Of a stretch of 64,000 bases of DNA, positions 31,888 through 43,036 are shown piece by piece. The translations under genes and the position numbers were made by a program. The stretch lies in NCBI GenBank assembly GCA_002423285.1, contig DIVF01000054.1, positions 18,588-82,587 on the forward strand. The letters are read 5' to 3'. Every line of letters begins with the position of its first letter. Position 1 is the first letter of the stretch. Under the pieces are notes generated by a model that saw only the letters and a program-made list of their open reading frames with translations, did no database searches and was not told the origin of the DNA. Source of the DNA: Micavibrio sp. UBA6139. Lineage in GTDB: Bacteria; Pseudomonadota; Alphaproteobacteria; Micavibrionales; Micavibrionaceae.

Positions 31888-32370
31888 ATGAAAAACGTGA
31901 TTTTGACGATGCTGGCGGTATCCACATTCGGCCTGACAGCATGTACAGGTCCAAACGGTGAAATGCAGTGGAACAAACAGACAATGGGTACGGGCATTGG
32001 CGCTCTGGCCGGTGGTCTGGCTGGTTCACAAATTGGTGGCGGTTCAGGTCGTCTGTGGGCGACAGGTGCTGGCGTTCTGCTCGGCGGTCTGGTCGGCAGC
32101 AGCATCGGCGGTTCGCTGGATAAAGCGGACATGGCCTATGCGAACCAAGCATCCCAGCGCGCAAACACTGCACCAATCGGTCAGTCGATCGCATGGAACA
32201 ACCCGCAATCAGGTAACTCCGGTACAATCACACCTGTGCGCGATGGTTACACCAACGACAGACGCTACTGCCGTGAATACCAACAAACAATCACCGTTGG
32301 CGGTAAGAAAGAAAGTGCATACGGCACAGCTTGCCAAAACCAAAACGGCGATTGGGAAATCGTGAACTAA
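31888..32370 (+). CDS. 17-kDa surface antigen-type glycine-zipper lipoprotein
   Basis: LTAC lipobox; glycine zipper; WNNPQSGNSG, YCREY and GTAC....GDW motifs. Confidence 0.9.
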   Translation: MKNVILTMLAVSTFGLTACTGPNGEMQWNKQTMGTGIGALAGGLAGSQIGGGSGRLWATGAGVLLGGLVGSSIGGSLDKADMAYANQASQRANTAPIGQSIAWNNPQSGNSGTITPVRDGYTNDRRYCREYQQTITVGGKKESAYGTACQNQNGDWEIVN

Positions 32371-32391
32371 TCACGGTATTCATCGAGATTG

Positions 32392-32422
32392 AAAAAGGCC
32401 GCTCTGATCGAGCGGCCTTTTT
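32392..32422. terminator. Bidirectional intrinsic terminator
   Basis: AAAAAGGCCGCTC-TGATC-GAGCGGCCTTTTT between convergent genes. Confidence 0.88.
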
Positions 32423-32426
32423 GTTT

Positions 32427-33983
32427 TTATGAATCTTGTTTGTCTTTATGGCTGTCATCTTTTCGCGGCAAGAGCGGGGGGGCTGCCCCACTTGTTTGCC
32501 CCATACCGGATGGGCCCATAGAGGGTGCGCTCATGCGCGGCGCGGCTGATGGCGTGACCGGAGCCGGAGCGGCAGGGCGTGGAATATTTTCGGGGCTAAG
32601 ATCATTGGCGATGGCCATTTTCTTGATATAGCCGGGGTCCTTCATGGTGAAGGCGATGGAGCTGGAAATACCAGCGAAGGCCGGACGGTTTCCGGCAAAA
32701 TCAATCAGATCACTGAAGGTGACGGCACTGCCTTGACGGTATTGTTCAATGATTGATTCGCCCATTTCTTTCAGCGCATCCCACGTGGTGCGATCAGCCG
32801 CCCCCTCAAATTCACGGCGTGCGGCTTCGGCGGGGGCTTTGCTGCCAGAAGCGAGGGCGGAGTCAAAAGCGCGGCCTGCGGCTTGCAGGGCTGCGGCACA
32901 CCAACCCAGAATATGCCCATCTGGCAATTTCTGGTTTTGTTCGTTGGCTTCGACAAGGAAGGCCGCGCCGCTGTGGTTCAACATCCCGGCATTGACGGCC
33001 TTTTGGAAGGCCCGTTCAACCATGCCTTCATGCAGTTTCTGGTTATAGCGATCTTCTGCAAACGGGCTGTAATGATTTTCGATGGTTAAGATGGAAGCCG
33101 GGGTGGTGCGGGTAATGTCGGCGACCAGAAACCCTGTGGCGCGAATATAAGTATCCTGACTGGTGCTGACGGCTGCACCCAGAATGGTTTCCTTATCATC
33201 ACCGCGCCATGCCATATCCTGTGCGGGTTTGCAGAAATAAATCCATTGTTTCAGCGTTGCTTCATCATAGGTTTGGCCGATGGTATCTGCAATCTGTAAC
33301 GCGGCATCAATTTGGCGTTTTTTGGATGGCGGGCGGCGCATCAAATCGGCGAGGGCCGCTTGTGTTGCCTCCATCGCCAAAGCGAAGGGATAGTGTTCTG
33401 GTTTGTGACCGGCATTGCGCGTCATGGCGTTCATGCTGCGTGTGTTGGCCAAACGGCGGATGGTATCTTTATCACCGTTGATGCTGCACATCACCGCGCT
33501 GAAAACATCGGCGCGCAGATTGGCGCTGGCCATGCCTTCACCGGCGGTGGGGGGCATGACCATGCCTTCTTGAAAGAACGATTCATAAACCGGATCATAA
33601 CGGCGCGTATAAAGATCAATCGCGTGCCATGCCATGTGCCAGGCTTGGGAGCGCACATCGCGCAATGATTCAAACTGACCGATGTTGATTGTCGTCAGCG
33701 CCATAACCTTTTGACGGCTGGCCAGACCCAGCAGCAAATATTCGCGCCAGACCACCAGACCCATAAAAGTGGAATTTTCATTTTTCTTTGGCGTGCGCAA
33801 AAGACGCAATGCCTGCTCACCAGCAGGGTGGGAGAGAAGCTCTTGCCCGGCAAGGCTCAAGGATTCCAGATGTTGTCCGGCATGGTGGGCGATGAAGCTC
33901 AAATTCAAATTGCGGGAGTAATCGCGCATTTGACGCGCGATTGCCCGGCAGGATTGTTGAACAGCATCGGTCTGTAGTGCCAT
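32427..33983 (-). CDS. Hypothetical protein (possible degenerate zincin)
   Basis: 518-aa ORF; HMAWH and ADVFSA; Pro-rich tail. Confidence 0.7.
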   Translation of the reverse strand: MALQTDAVQQSCRAIARQMRDYSRNLNLSFIAHHAGQHLESLSLAGQELLSHPAGEQALRLLRTPKKNENSTFMGLVVWREYLLLGLASRQKVMALTTINIGQFESLRDVRSQAWHMAWHAIDLYTRRYDPVYESFFQEGMVMPPTAGEGMASANLRADVFSAVMCSINGDKDTIRRLANTRSMNAMTRNAGHKPEHYPFALAMEATQAALADLMRRPPSKKRQIDAALQIADTIGQTYDEATLKQWIYFCKPAQDMAWRGDDKETILGAAVSTSQDTYIRATGFLVADITRTTPASILTIENHYSPFAEDRYNQKLHEGMVERAFQKAVNAGMLNHSGAAFLVEANEQNQKLPDGHILGWCAAALQAAGRAFDSALASGSKAPAEAARREFEGAADRTTWDALKEMGESIIEQYRQGSAVTFSDLIDFAGNRPAFAGISSSIAFTMKDPGYIKKMAIANDLSPENIPRPAAPAPVTPSAAPRMSAPSMGPSGMGQTSGAAPPLLPRKDDSHKDKQDS

Positions 33984-34144
33984 ATTGGTTGCTCTGGTTG
34001 AAGGCGAAGTCCTTGATAGACAAGCCTAAAATAGCACGCAGAAGTTAACAGAACCTCAAAAGATCGGACTGGACGAATTCCCGTAAATGTGTAGGATATG
34101 GGGGAATTCAGCCAATTTACCTATGGAAATCAGAGTGTTGTCAG

Positions 34145-34999
34145 ATGACTCAAAATCTTAAAATCATGCAGGGAAAACGCTGCCTTATTATGGGCGTTGC
34201 CAATGAGCGCTCCATTGCATGGGGCATTGCACAGGAATTGATCGCGCAAGGCGCAGAACTGGCCTTTACCTACCAAGGTGAAGCCCTCGAAAAACGCGTT
34301 CGCCCGCTGGCTGAATCCGTTGGCGCGAAAATTGTCCTGCCGTGCGATGTCACGGATGAGGCGAGCATTGACGCGCTGTTTGAAACGCTGAAGGCGGAAT
34401 GGGGCACACTGGACGGTGTTGTCCACGCGATTGCGTTTTCGGATAAGAACGAACTGGATGGTTTGTATCTGGACACCACGCGCAACAACTTCCTGCGCAC
34501 GATGGATATTTCCGTGTTCTCCTTCACCGCTGTTGCACAACGCGCAGCACCGCTGATGACCAATGGCGGCAGCCTTGTGACACTGACCTATTATGGCTCT
34601 GAACGCGTCATGCCACATTACAACGTCATGGGCGTTGCCAAGGCCGCGCTTGAAGCGTCGGTTCGTTATCTGGCGACCGATCTGGGTCCACGCAATATCC
34701 GTGTGAACGCGATTTCTGCTGGTCCGATCAAAACGCTGGCCGCCAGCGGTATTGGTGATTTCCGCTATATCCTGAAATGGAATGAATTGAATTCCCCGCT
34801 GCGCCGTAACGTCACATTGCAAGATGTGGGTCGTTCAGGCTTGTTCCTGATGTCGGATCTGGGTAGCGGTGTCACCGGTGAAACCATGCATGTTGATTGT
34901 GGTTACCACACCGTAGGCATGGTGAATGTTGATGCAGCGGCCGAAACAGCCGAGTTGCTGAACAGCATCGCGCCAAAGGGCAAAACAGAAGCCGCCTGA
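34145..34999 (+). CDS. fabI: Enoyl-ACP reductase
   Basis: GVANERSIAWG, YNVMGVAKAALE and SAGPIKTLA motifs. Confidence 0.96.
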   Translation: MTQNLKIMQGKRCLIMGVANERSIAWGIAQELIAQGAELAFTYQGEALEKRVRPLAESVGAKIVLPCDVTDEASIDALFETLKAEWGTLDGVVHAIAFSDKNELDGLYLDTTRNNFLRTMDISVFSFTAVAQRAAPLMTNGGSLVTLTYYGSERVMPHYNVMGVAKAALEASVRYLATDLGPRNIRVNAISAGPIKTLAASGIGDFRYILKWNELNSPLRRNVTLQDVGRSGLFLMSDLGSGVTGETMHVDCGYHTVGMVNVDAAAETAELLNSIAPKGKTEAA

Positions 35000-35005
35000 T
35001 TTTTC

Positions 35006-35815
35006 TTAAAATGCCTTAGGGAATAAATCCTTGGTCGGACCGCGCCAGCGTTTGGCGAACTCGGTGCTGCCTTCGTATGCGCGTTTGTAACCGCTTTTTT
35101 CCATGCGTTCAGTCAGCCATCCCGCGCATAATGTGCCGCGAGCGTGGTGGTGGCGGCACAGTTTCCATGCTTCCATCATCAAACCTGTATCCAGATAACC
35201 CGGTTCAGGCCATGCGGCATCAAATGCGCGTTTCAATGGTGCGAAGAGTTTGGTTTGTAATGTCTCATCCATATCCGGCAAGGGGGTGTCCGTTGTATCG
35301 CGGAACGCTTGGATCAGATTCACGGTCTTTGTTTTTGCCTGAATAACGTTGCGCATCGCACCCGCCGCGTCAGACAGTTTTTGAACCGCGCAAGGGTCCA
35401 GCACAACCGGGATCAGGCGGTCTTGCCCGCGCAGCGGCGGCAGGTAGCCGCAATTTTCAACTTTTTGATCCCACAGGCGAATATTACGTTCCAGCATTTG
35501 ATCGGCCAGTGCCATTGCGTCCTTTGGTGTCACCGAACTGCGCAGGCCAGGATTGATGTCAAAGCGCAACGCCCCGGCATTCCGGCGGAAGAGGGGCTGT
35601 AACATTGCCGGGTCATCCACATAGGGCAATTTTTCATACGCTGTCAGGCGAATAACGCAGGCGTGATAATTCAAGAAGACAATAAAACCGCTATCCCAGC
35701 TGGTGGTGTATTCGCCGTCGCGGGGCGTCGTGATGCCCAGACCGCGCAAAATGCCTTCGGTCGCCTTCGCAGACGCCATTCCGTACAGTCTATCAATCCG
35801 GGTGATCAGGTTCAT
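35006..35815 (-). CDS. Hypothetical protein, possible protein-kinase-like fold
   Basis: 269-aa ORF filling the gap; LWDQKVEN..VVLD. Confidence 0.65.
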   Translation of the reverse strand: MNLITRIDRLYGMASAKATEGILRGLGITTPRDGEYTTSWDSGFIVFLNYHACVIRLTAYEKLPYVDDPAMLQPLFRRNAGALRFDINPGLRSSVTPKDAMALADQMLERNIRLWDQKVENCGYLPPLRGQDRLIPVVLDPCAVQKLSDAAGAMRNVIQAKTKTVNLIQAFRDTTDTPLPDMDETLQTKLFAPLKRAFDAAWPEPGYLDTGLMMEAWKLCRHHHARGTLCAGWLTERMEKSGYKRAYEGSTEFAKRWRGPTKDLFPKAF

Positions 35816-35899
35816 GGCTGGTTTTATATTATGAAAATATAAACGGTGTCAAATAAATCGTGGTTCCCGCCGGGCCCAAAATCCCTTAAAACAGAAGAC

Positions 35900-36970
35900 A
35901 TGAGCGGAAACCGATTTGGCACGTTATTTCAATACCAAAGCTGGGGCGAAAGCCACGGACCGGCGATTGGCTGTGTGGTGGACGGAGTTCCCCCGCGCCT
36001 GAGCTTGAGCGAGGGTGATATTCAGCCCTTCCTCGATAAACGCAAACCCGGACAGTCCCGCTTTACGACCCAGCGGCAAGAGGCGGATATTGTTAAAATC
36101 CTGTCCGGCACGTTTGAGGGGCAAACAACCGGTACACCGATTTCGTTGCTGATCGAAAATACCGATGCGAAGTCAAAAGACTATTCCGACATCAAGGATA
36201 AGTTCCGTCCCGGCCACGCCGATTTTACCTACCAACAAAAATATGGCATTCGTGATTATCGCGGGGGCGGTCGGTCGAGTGCGCGTGAAACCGCAATGCG
36301 TGTTGCTGCCGGTGCCATTGCCCGCAAAATTTTACCCGGCGTTACCATTCGTGCCGCCGTGGTCCAGATTGGCCCGCATAAAATCAACCGCGATAACTGG
36401 GACTGGTCCATTTTAGATGACAACGCGTTCTTCACCGTGGACCACGACATTATTCCGGTCTGGGAAGAATTTCTGGATGGCCGCCGCAAGGCCGGGTCCA
36501 GTGCAGGGGCGATTATCGAAGTCGTCGCCAGCGGCGTTCCAGCCGGGCTTGGCGCACCTGTCTATGACAAGCTCGATTCCGATATCGCCAAGGCCTTGAT
36601 GTCAATCAATGCCGTAAAGGGTGTTGAGATTGGCGCGGGGTTTGATTGCGTATCATGGGGCGGGGAAGAAAACTCCGATGACATACGCATGGGTGCGGAT
36701 GGCCAGCCAGAGTTCCTGTCTAACCATGCCGGTGGTATTCTGGGCGGGATTTCAACCGGGCAGGATGTTGTCGCCCGTCTGGCCTTTAAACCGACCAGTT
36801 CCATCTTGAGCGCAAAACAAACCATTGATATGCAGGGCAATAACACTGATATCGTTACCAAGGGTCGCCATGACCCGTGTGTTGGTATTCGTGGTGCGCC
36901 GATCGCGGAGGCAATGGTGGCCTGTGTTCTGGCCGATCACTGGTTACGTCATAAGGCTCAATGTCTTTAA
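35900..36970 (+). CDS. aroC: Chorismate synthase
   Basis: [20 protein letters not shown] and GRHDPC motifs. Confidence 0.97.
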   Translation: MSGNRFGTLFQYQSWGESHGPAIGCVVDGVPPRLSLSEGDIQPFLDKRKPGQSRFTTQRQEADIVKILSGTFEGQTTGTPISLLIENTDAKSKDYSDIKDKFRPGHADFTYQQKYGIRDYRGGGRSSARETAMRVAAGAIARKILPGVTIRAAVVQIGPHKINRDNWDWSILDDNAFFTVDHDIIPVWEEFLDGRRKAGSSAGAIIEVVASGVPAGLGAPVYDKLDSDIAKALMSINAVKGVEIGAGFDCVSWGGEENSDDIRMGADGQPEFLSNHAGGILGGISTGQDVVARLAFKPTSSILSAKQTIDMQGNNTDIVTKGRHDPCVGIRGAPIAEAMVACVLADHWLRHKAQCL

Positions 36971-36985
36971 AGAAAGAATCTATCC

Positions 36986-38869
36986 ATGCAAAAGCGTTGG
37001 AATAAACCCGGATCCCTCTTTGCGGCGGTTCGCCAGAAACCTGTGGCCCCGGCCAAAAAGGGGCCATGGCAGTATCTAACCGGGTTTTTGCGGTTCTTCG
37101 GGCGCAATCTGCGCCGCCTTTGCACCTTCATGGGTGCGATTATGGTTTTTGGCATCGTGGTCTTTTTGATTGGCGCGAATGCAGAACAGGAAACATACGT
37201 CATTCCAGATCAGATGGTTTTAACACTGCGCCTGAATAACGGGTTGAGCGAACATCCACCAGAAATGAGTCTCCTCGGTGGGTTTTCATCGCTGGCGGCG
37301 GCACCACTGACGGTGCGTGAACTGGTTTCTGTTTTGGATTATGCGCGGAATGACAATTCCGTGAAGGCTGTTGCGGTCAGTATTGAGGGCGGCGAATTCG
37401 CCCTGTCGCAGGTTCAAGAAATCCGCGCCGCCGTAAAACGCTTCCGCGAAAGCGGCAAGCCAACATATGCCTACAGCCCGTCTTATGCCGAGGCCGGGGG
37501 CAGCATGGGGGCCTATTATCTTGCCGCTGCGTTTGAAAACATCTGGATGCAGCCCGTTGGTGCGGTATCCCTGCCGGGGTTTGATGCCAGCATGCCGTTC
37601 ACGCGCAAGGCGCTGGAAAAGCTGGGTGTGAACCCGCAATTTTACCAGCGTAAAGAATATAAAAGCGTGATGGAAAACTTCACACGCGATTCAATCTCCC
37701 CCGAAAACCGTGAAATGACGGCTTCGTTGTTGGGGGATATTACCAGTGTCATGGTCATGGATATTGCGAATGACCGCGAACTGGATGTTGATGCAGCCTA
37801 TGCCATCATCAACCGGGCTGTATTTACAGATACAGAAGCACTGGACGCGCATTTGGTTGATAAGCTCAGCTATTATGATCTTCTCGTTTCTCATTTGCGC
37901 GAAACACTGGTGGGTCGTGCAGATAACGAAGATTTGAAAATGGTGTCCATGGGCCGCTATCACAAATCATCTATGGGCGAGATGTCTCCTAAAACAGATA
38001 AACGCCCGCATGTTGGTTTGATCTATGCATCCGGCAATATTGTTGCCGATGGATCGCAGGGCGGGTTTAACAGCAATCTGGCGGCGGCAGACCGCATTAC
38101 CAATGCCATGAACCGTGCCATCCGCGATAAAAAAATTAAGGCCATCGTTTTGCGCATCGACAGCCCCGGCGGATCACCAACCGCATCGGAAACCATCCGC
38201 CGTGCTGTTGTGCACGCGCAAGAGAAGGGTAAACCCGTTATCGTTTCTATGGGAACTATGGCTGGGTCGGGCGGGTATTGGATCGCAACGGATGCTGATC
38301 GTATCTTCGCTCTGCCATCTACCCTGACCGGATCGATTGGTGTGGCATCGGGTAAGGTTGAACTGGGCGCGTTGATGGAAAAAATCGGCGTGAACTGGGA
38401 AGGCGTAAAACTGGGCGAAAATGCTGATATGTGGTCCTTCACAAAACCCTTCACTCCAACGGGTGAGGAACGTATGAACGCCATGATTGATAATATCTAT
38501 GCCGCCTTCACCGAACGTGTTGCAACGGGCCGTAAATTAACCCCCGAAGCCGTTGAGCGCATCGCCAAGGGCCGTGTGTGGACAGGCAACCAAGGTCTGG
38601 AACTGGGCTTGGTCGATGAACTGGGCGGATTAGACGCCGCCCTGAACTACACCGCGACAAAAGTCGGGGCCAAGACACGCGATGAAATCCGTATTGTTGA
38701 TCTGCCGCGCGCACTCACACCCTTTGACCGCATTCTGGAACTGATGAACATGGACGTGATGATGGGGCATGTTGCCACCACCTTCATGAACATGCTGGGT
38801 CAGGAAGTGAAACAGGCAACAATGCCGGGTGTAACTGTTTATGATCCGGCGCTGCGTCAGGGGCTTTAA
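36986..38869 (+). CDS. sppA: Signal peptide peptidase SppA (protease IV)
   Basis: RIDSPGGS, SMG.MAGSGGYW and TGSIGV motifs; N-terminal TM. Confidence 0.93.
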   Translation: MQKRWNKPGSLFAAVRQKPVAPAKKGPWQYLTGFLRFFGRNLRRLCTFMGAIMVFGIVVFLIGANAEQETYVIPDQMVLTLRLNNGLSEHPPEMSLLGGFSSLAAAPLTVRELVSVLDYARNDNSVKAVAVSIEGGEFALSQVQEIRAAVKRFRESGKPTYAYSPSYAEAGGSMGAYYLAAAFENIWMQPVGAVSLPGFDASMPFTRKALEKLGVNPQFYQRKEYKSVMENFTRDSISPENREMTASLLGDITSVMVMDIANDRELDVDAAYAIINRAVFTDTEALDAHLVDKLSYYDLLVSHLRETLVGRADNEDLKMVSMGRYHKSSMGEMSPKTDKRPHVGLIYASGNIVADGSQGGFNSNLAAADRITNAMNRAIRDKKIKAIVLRIDSPGGSPTASETIRRAVVHAQEKGKPVIVSMGTMAGSGGYWIATDADRIFALPSTLTGSIGVASGKVELGALMEKIGVNWEGVKLGENADMWSFTKPFTPTGEERMNAMIDNIYAAFTERVATGRKLTPEAVERIAKGRVWTGNQGLELGLVDELGGLDAALNYTATKVGAKTRDEIRIVDLPRALTPFDRILELMNMDVMMGHVATTFMNMLGQEVKQATMPGVTVYDPALRQGL

Positions 38870-38874
38870 AAGAT

Positions 38875-38896
38875 TAAGGGGGCAATTGCCCCCTTA
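38875..38896. repeat. REP-like palindromic element, copy 4 (core only)
   Basis: Perfect 22-bp palindrome TAAGGGGGCAATTGCCCCCTTA between convergent genes. Confidence 0.7.
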
Positions 38897-38904
38897 GAAC
38901 CTCG

Positions 38905-39594
38905 TTACTTCAATAATGCGCGTAAGCGCAGTTCGAGGTCTGGGTAGGCCATGATGATGTGGTCGACGCCGATATTGTGTTCCAGAACAGCAATGGATGA
39001 ATTCAGGCCATAGGCCAGTGGTTGGACCGGGCAGGGCAAGTAATCTGTGGCGGCGATGGCGGCCAGGATGTCTTTGCGGCGGTCGCCGATATACCAGATC
39101 ACATCATTTTTTTCCGGGGCGCGTTTCAAACCGCCAACGGCTTGCAGAATCGGGTCGGGGAAAGGCTTTGACCGGGTAATGTCTTCACGGAAAATCGTGA
39201 CATCAAAATATTTGGCCAGATCGAATTTTTCGAGGATGTCATGGCCGTAACCTTTACCCAATCCGTTGCTGACCAGACCCATTGGGATGTTTTGGGATTT
39301 AAGCAGATCCAAAATATCGTAAATGCCGGGGCAGGGTTCAACAATTTCCTCAACATCCTTGCGGCGAATTTTATGCAAAGCGCGGTGGACGAGGAGTTTC
39401 GGGCGTTTGCCGTTTCTGAATTCGACCAGCGGCATCGGTTCAATTTTGCGGTGGAAGAGCTGTGAACAGAGCTTGGCCAGTTTATGCGATGCATCATCTA
39501 GACGTTCCAGCACGTGCAGCAGCGCCGGGTTAATATGGCGCACCGTCGTGCCGTCCATATCAAAAAGGACGATGGTGGGTTTAACAAGCGTCAT
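38905..39594 (-). CDS. HAD-superfamily hydrolase
   Basis: FDMDGT, VSN, KP.PD and IGDRRKD motifs; ATGA overlap with dxs. Confidence 0.85.
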   Translation of the reverse strand: MTLVKPTIVLFDMDGTTVRHINPALLHVLERLDDASHKLAKLCSQLFHRKIEPMPLVEFRNGKRPKLLVHRALHKIRRKDVEEIVEPCPGIYDILDLLKSQNIPMGLVSNGLGKGYGHDILEKFDLAKYFDVTIFREDITRSKPFPDPILQAVGGLKRAPEKNDVIWYIGDRRKDILAAIAATDYLPCPVQPLAYGLNSSIAVLEHNIGVDHIIMAYPDLELRLRALLK

Positions 39595-41537
39595 TGGCAT
39601 AAACCGCAAATGGTTTCGACAATGTGCTTGGCACTCAACTTGGCTTCGGCATATTGCTTGGCCGGATCATCATGATCCTGGAATGTATCAGGCAGGGTCA
39701 TGGTGCGGAATTTTGTCTTGGAAAAATCAGTTACACCGCGTGTGGTGATGTCTTGCAAGACCAGCGCACCAAACCCGCCAACGGAACCTTCTTCAATGGT
39801 AATCAGGGCTGCGTGATTTTTAACCAGATCATCAATCAAATCACGGTCCAGTGGCTTTGCAAACCGGGCATCGGCAACAGTCACAGAAATTCCCTTTTGC
39901 TCCAAAATCTCGGCGGCGTTTAGGGCTTCTTGCAAGCGGGTACCATAGGACAGGATGGCGGCATCGGTGCCTTTACGCAAGATTCTGCCTTTGCCAATCG
40001 GCAAAACCGTGCCGCGTTCCGGTAAATCCATGCCAACACCTTCACCGCGTGGATAGCGGAAGGCGATGGGGCCTGAATCATGGGCGGCGGCGGTTGCCAC
40101 CATATCCATCAATTCGCCTTCATCGGCGGCGGCCATCAACACCATGTTGGGGAGGCACCCCAGATAGGCAATATCAAACGCACCCGCATGGGTCGCACCA
40201 TCTGCACCCACCAACCCGGCGCGGTCCATCGCGAAACGAACAGGCAGGTTTTGTAAGGCCACATCATGAACAATCTGGTCATAGCCGCGTTGCAGAAAGG
40301 TGGAATAGATAACGCAGAACGGTTTATACCCTTCCGCAGCCAACCCGGCAGCAAAGGTCACCGCATGTTGTTCGGCAATCCCGACATCGAAGGTGCGTTC
40401 CGGGAATTCATAGCCGAAGAGATCAAGGCCTGTCCCCGATGGCATCGCGCCGGTAATGGCGACAATTTTTTCATCGTGGCGGGCTTCTTCGATCAAGGAC
40501 TGTGCAAAAACTTTTGTATAGGCAGGGGCGTTGGCCTTTGCCTTGCTTTGTTCACCCGTAATCACATCGAATTTGGAAACGCCGTGCATTTTATCGCGGG
40601 AGTTTTCCGCCGGAGCATAACCTTTGCCCTTTTTCGTGCGGACATGGATCATGACAGGGCCGTGATGGTTGTTGTCACGTGCGTTGCGCAGAACCGGCAG
40701 CAGATGATCCATATTGTGACCATCGACGGGTCCAATATAATAAAAACCCATTTCTTCAAACAGCGTGCCTGTGCCCATGGCGCTGCGTGCGCTTTCCTCG
40801 GCACGTTTTACGGCATGACGTAGGGGTGAGGGCAGGGCCTCAACAATTTTTTTGCCCGCTTCACGCGCCCCGATATAGGTACGCGATGATACTAGGCGGG
40901 TCAGATAACGGCTCATCGCGCCCACCGGGGTCGATATGGACATTTCGTTATCATTCAAAATAACAATCAGGCGGGACTTTTTGCCGTTTATAAGCTGCGC
41001 CCCGGCATTGTTCATTGCCTCATACGCCATGCCCGCACTGATCGAACCATCACCAATGACGGCAATCACATTGCGGTCTTCACCGGCCAGATCACGCGCC
41101 ACGGCCATGCCAAGGGCAGCAGAGATGGAGGTAGAGGAGTGTGCCGCCCCAAATGGATCATATTCAGATTCACTGCGCTTGGTAAAACCGGACAACCCGC
41201 CACCCTGACGGAGCGAACGAATGCGGTCACGGCGCCCGGTCACGATTTTATGCGGGTAACATTGATGCCCCACATCCCAGATGATTTTGTCATCCGGTGT
41301 GTTGAACACCGCATGCAATGCCACAGTCAGTTCCACCACACCCAGACCCGCGCCCAGATGCCCGCCCGTGTGCGACACGGCATCAATGGTTTCGGTGCGC
41401 ACTTCATCGGCCAGTTGCTTTAACTGGTCATCGCTGAAATGGCGGAAGTCAGCAGGCACAGAAACAGAATCCAGCAAGGGTGTCTTGCTGGATTCGATGG
41501 AGCCTGCTTGATTGCTGTGGGCTGTCTTTGCGTTCAT
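39591..41537 (-). CDS. dxs: 1-deoxy-D-xylulose-5-phosphate synthase
   Basis: [19 protein letters not shown] and YSTFLQR motifs. Confidence 0.97.
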   Translation of the reverse strand: MNAKTAHSNQAGSIESSKTPLLDSVSVPADFRHFSDDQLKQLADEVRTETIDAVSHTGGHLGAGLGVVELTVALHAVFNTPDDKIIWDVGHQCYPHKIVTGRRDRIRSLRQGGGLSGFTKRSESEYDPFGAAHSSTSISAALGMAVARDLAGEDRNVIAVIGDGSISAGMAYEAMNNAGAQLINGKKSRLIVILNDNEMSISTPVGAMSRYLTRLVSSRTYIGAREAGKKIVEALPSPLRHAVKRAEESARSAMGTGTLFEEMGFYYIGPVDGHNMDHLLPVLRNARDNNHHGPVMIHVRTKKGKGYAPAENSRDKMHGVSKFDVITGEQSKAKANAPAYTKVFAQSLIEEARHDEKIVAITGAMPSGTGLDLFGYEFPERTFDVGIAEQHAVTFAAGLAAEGYKPFCVIYSTFLQRGYDQIVHDVALQNLPVRFAMDRAGLVGADGATHAGAFDIAYLGCLPNMVLMAAADEGELMDMVATAAAHDSGPIAFRYPRGEGVGMDLPERGTVLPIGKGRILRKGTDAAILSYGTRLQEALNAAEILEQKGISVTVADARFAKPLDRDLIDDLVKNHAALITIEEGSVGGFGALVLQDITTRGVTDFSKTKFRTMTLPDTFQDHDDPAKQYAEAKLSAKHIVETICGLCQ

Positions 41538-42445
41538 GTCCGTCTTTGCAATACGTACCGGGCCAGTTCTTTCAAGGTGTCGGCGCGGCCTTGGAAAATG
41601 TTGAGGTGCGCGATGGATTGTTGAACCAGCATTTCAGCACGCTGTTTCGCTTGGTCTTTACCCATCGTGGAAACGAAGGTGGATTTTCCGGCGGCGGCAT
41701 CCTTGCCGGAATCCTTGCCCGTTGTTTTGGCATCTGATTCAACGTCCAGAATATCGTCTGTCACCTGGAAGGCGAGGCCGAGGTCATTGGCGTAGTTCAC
41801 CAGGGCACGGCGGTTTGATTCATTGGCCTTGCCCAAAATCGCACCGGCTTCGCAAGCGAAGGAAATCAGTTTCCCTGTTTTCATGCGTTGCAGGCGGCTG
41901 ATGGTTCCAAGGTCAAATTCGGCTTTTTCACCGATCAGATCGAGCATTTGACCGCCGCACAGGCCATGCCCGCCGGAAGCCTTTGCCAGCATCGAAACCA
42001 GCTCGCAACGAACGCGTGGGTCTTCATGTGTTTCAGGGTCGCTCAAGATTTCAAAGGCGAGGGTGAGCAGCGCATCACCGGCCAGAATGGCGGTTGCTTC
42101 ATCAAACGCGACGTGTGTTGCGGGTTTACCACGGCGCAGCTGCGCATCATCCATCGCCGGAAGATCGTCATGGATCAGGGAATAGCAGTGAACGAATTCA
42201 ACGGCTGCGGCGACACGGCGCGCACGAACCGCATCAACACCGAACAGCGCCGATGTTTCCATGACCAAAAATGGACGCAGGCGTTTACCGCCATTGAGCG
42301 TGCCGTAACGCATCGCTTCAAACAACGGTGCCTCAGGCAGATCTGTTTCCGGCAAAAGGCGCGCGATGGATTTGTTGACGCCGTCAATGACGTCATCCAT
42401 GCGTTCCTGTAATCCGGGGCTGGCGTCGCGTGGTGATGGGGCCAT
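41534..42445 (-). CDS. ispA: Farnesyl/geranyl diphosphate synthase
   Basis: [16 protein letters not shown] and FQVTDDILD motifs. Confidence 0.95.
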   Translation of the reverse strand: MAPSPRDASPGLQERMDDVIDGVNKSIARLLPETDLPEAPLFEAMRYGTLNGGKRLRPFLVMETSALFGVDAVRARRVAAAVEFVHCYSLIHDDLPAMDDAQLRRGKPATHVAFDEATAILAGDALLTLAFEILSDPETHEDPRVRCELVSMLAKASGGHGLCGGQMLDLIGEKAEFDLGTISRLQRMKTGKLISFACEAGAILGKANESNRRALVNYANDLGLAFQVTDDILDVESDAKTTGKDSGKDAAAGKSTFVSTMGKDQAKQRAEMLVQQSIAHLNIFQGRADTLKELARYVLQRRT

Positions 42446-42451
42446 AAAAAC

Positions 42452-42700
42452 TTACTCCTGTGGGTCGAAGGGGGCTGTGCCGATTTTACCGTCTGCACCA
42501 ACCGTGATTTTTTCAATTTTCGCCTGCGCTTCACGCAGTTTTTTCTCGCAATGGGTTTTTAAGGCCACGCCGCGCTCATAGGCACCAATCGACTCCTCAA
42601 GGGCCGATTTTCCCGTTTCCAGGTCCCGAACGATCCCTTCAAGCTCCAAAAGGGCCGCTTCAAAGGTCAAACTATCTACTGCAGCACTCTTGCCAGTCAT
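42452..42700 (-). CDS. xseB: Exodeoxyribonuclease VII small subunit
   Basis: FEAAL.ELE.IV..LE.G...LEESI..YERG; xseB-ispA-dxs synteny. Confidence 0.93.
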   Translation of the reverse strand: MTGKSAAVDSLTFEAALLELEGIVRDLETGKSALEESIGAYERGVALKTHCEKKLREAQAKIEKITVGADGKIGTAPFDPQE

Positions 42701-42877
42701 CACAACCATCTGATTTTTCAAAAGGATTTTGCGGAGGCGAGTGTACGGCAGACCGTTCGATTCCTCAAGTCATAACCATGCGTCAGGCGGCATTCTGCCC
42801 TGAATTCTTTGCGGGGCTGGCTTGCACGGTTTGAGGGTACAATAGAGTTAAGATTATGGAATAGGGAAGGACTTAAA

Positions 42878-43036
42878 ATGCCAACTGAAACACCGAAAGA
42901 TACATTTAACCAATTGAAAAACATTGATTTTCTGTCGTGGCAAGTGACTCGCGCTAAGAGCAATCATCAAGAGCGCGAAATCACTAAAATCATGTCAGAG
43001 CGCCCGCGCCAGCGCAGCGACGCTCATTTGAAGTAA
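42878..43036 (+). CDS. Putative small hypothetical protein (52 aa)
   Basis: RBS GAAGGA before ATG 42878; MPTETPKDTFNQLKNIDFLSWQVTRAK... Confidence 0.4.
   Translation: MPTETPKDTFNQLKNIDFLSWQVTRAKSNHQEREITKIMSERPRQRSDAHLK

Noticed and set aside
17965-38896. Interpreting the palindromic repeats as CRISPR repeats
   Set aside because: Dispersed kilobases apart, no array and no cas genes
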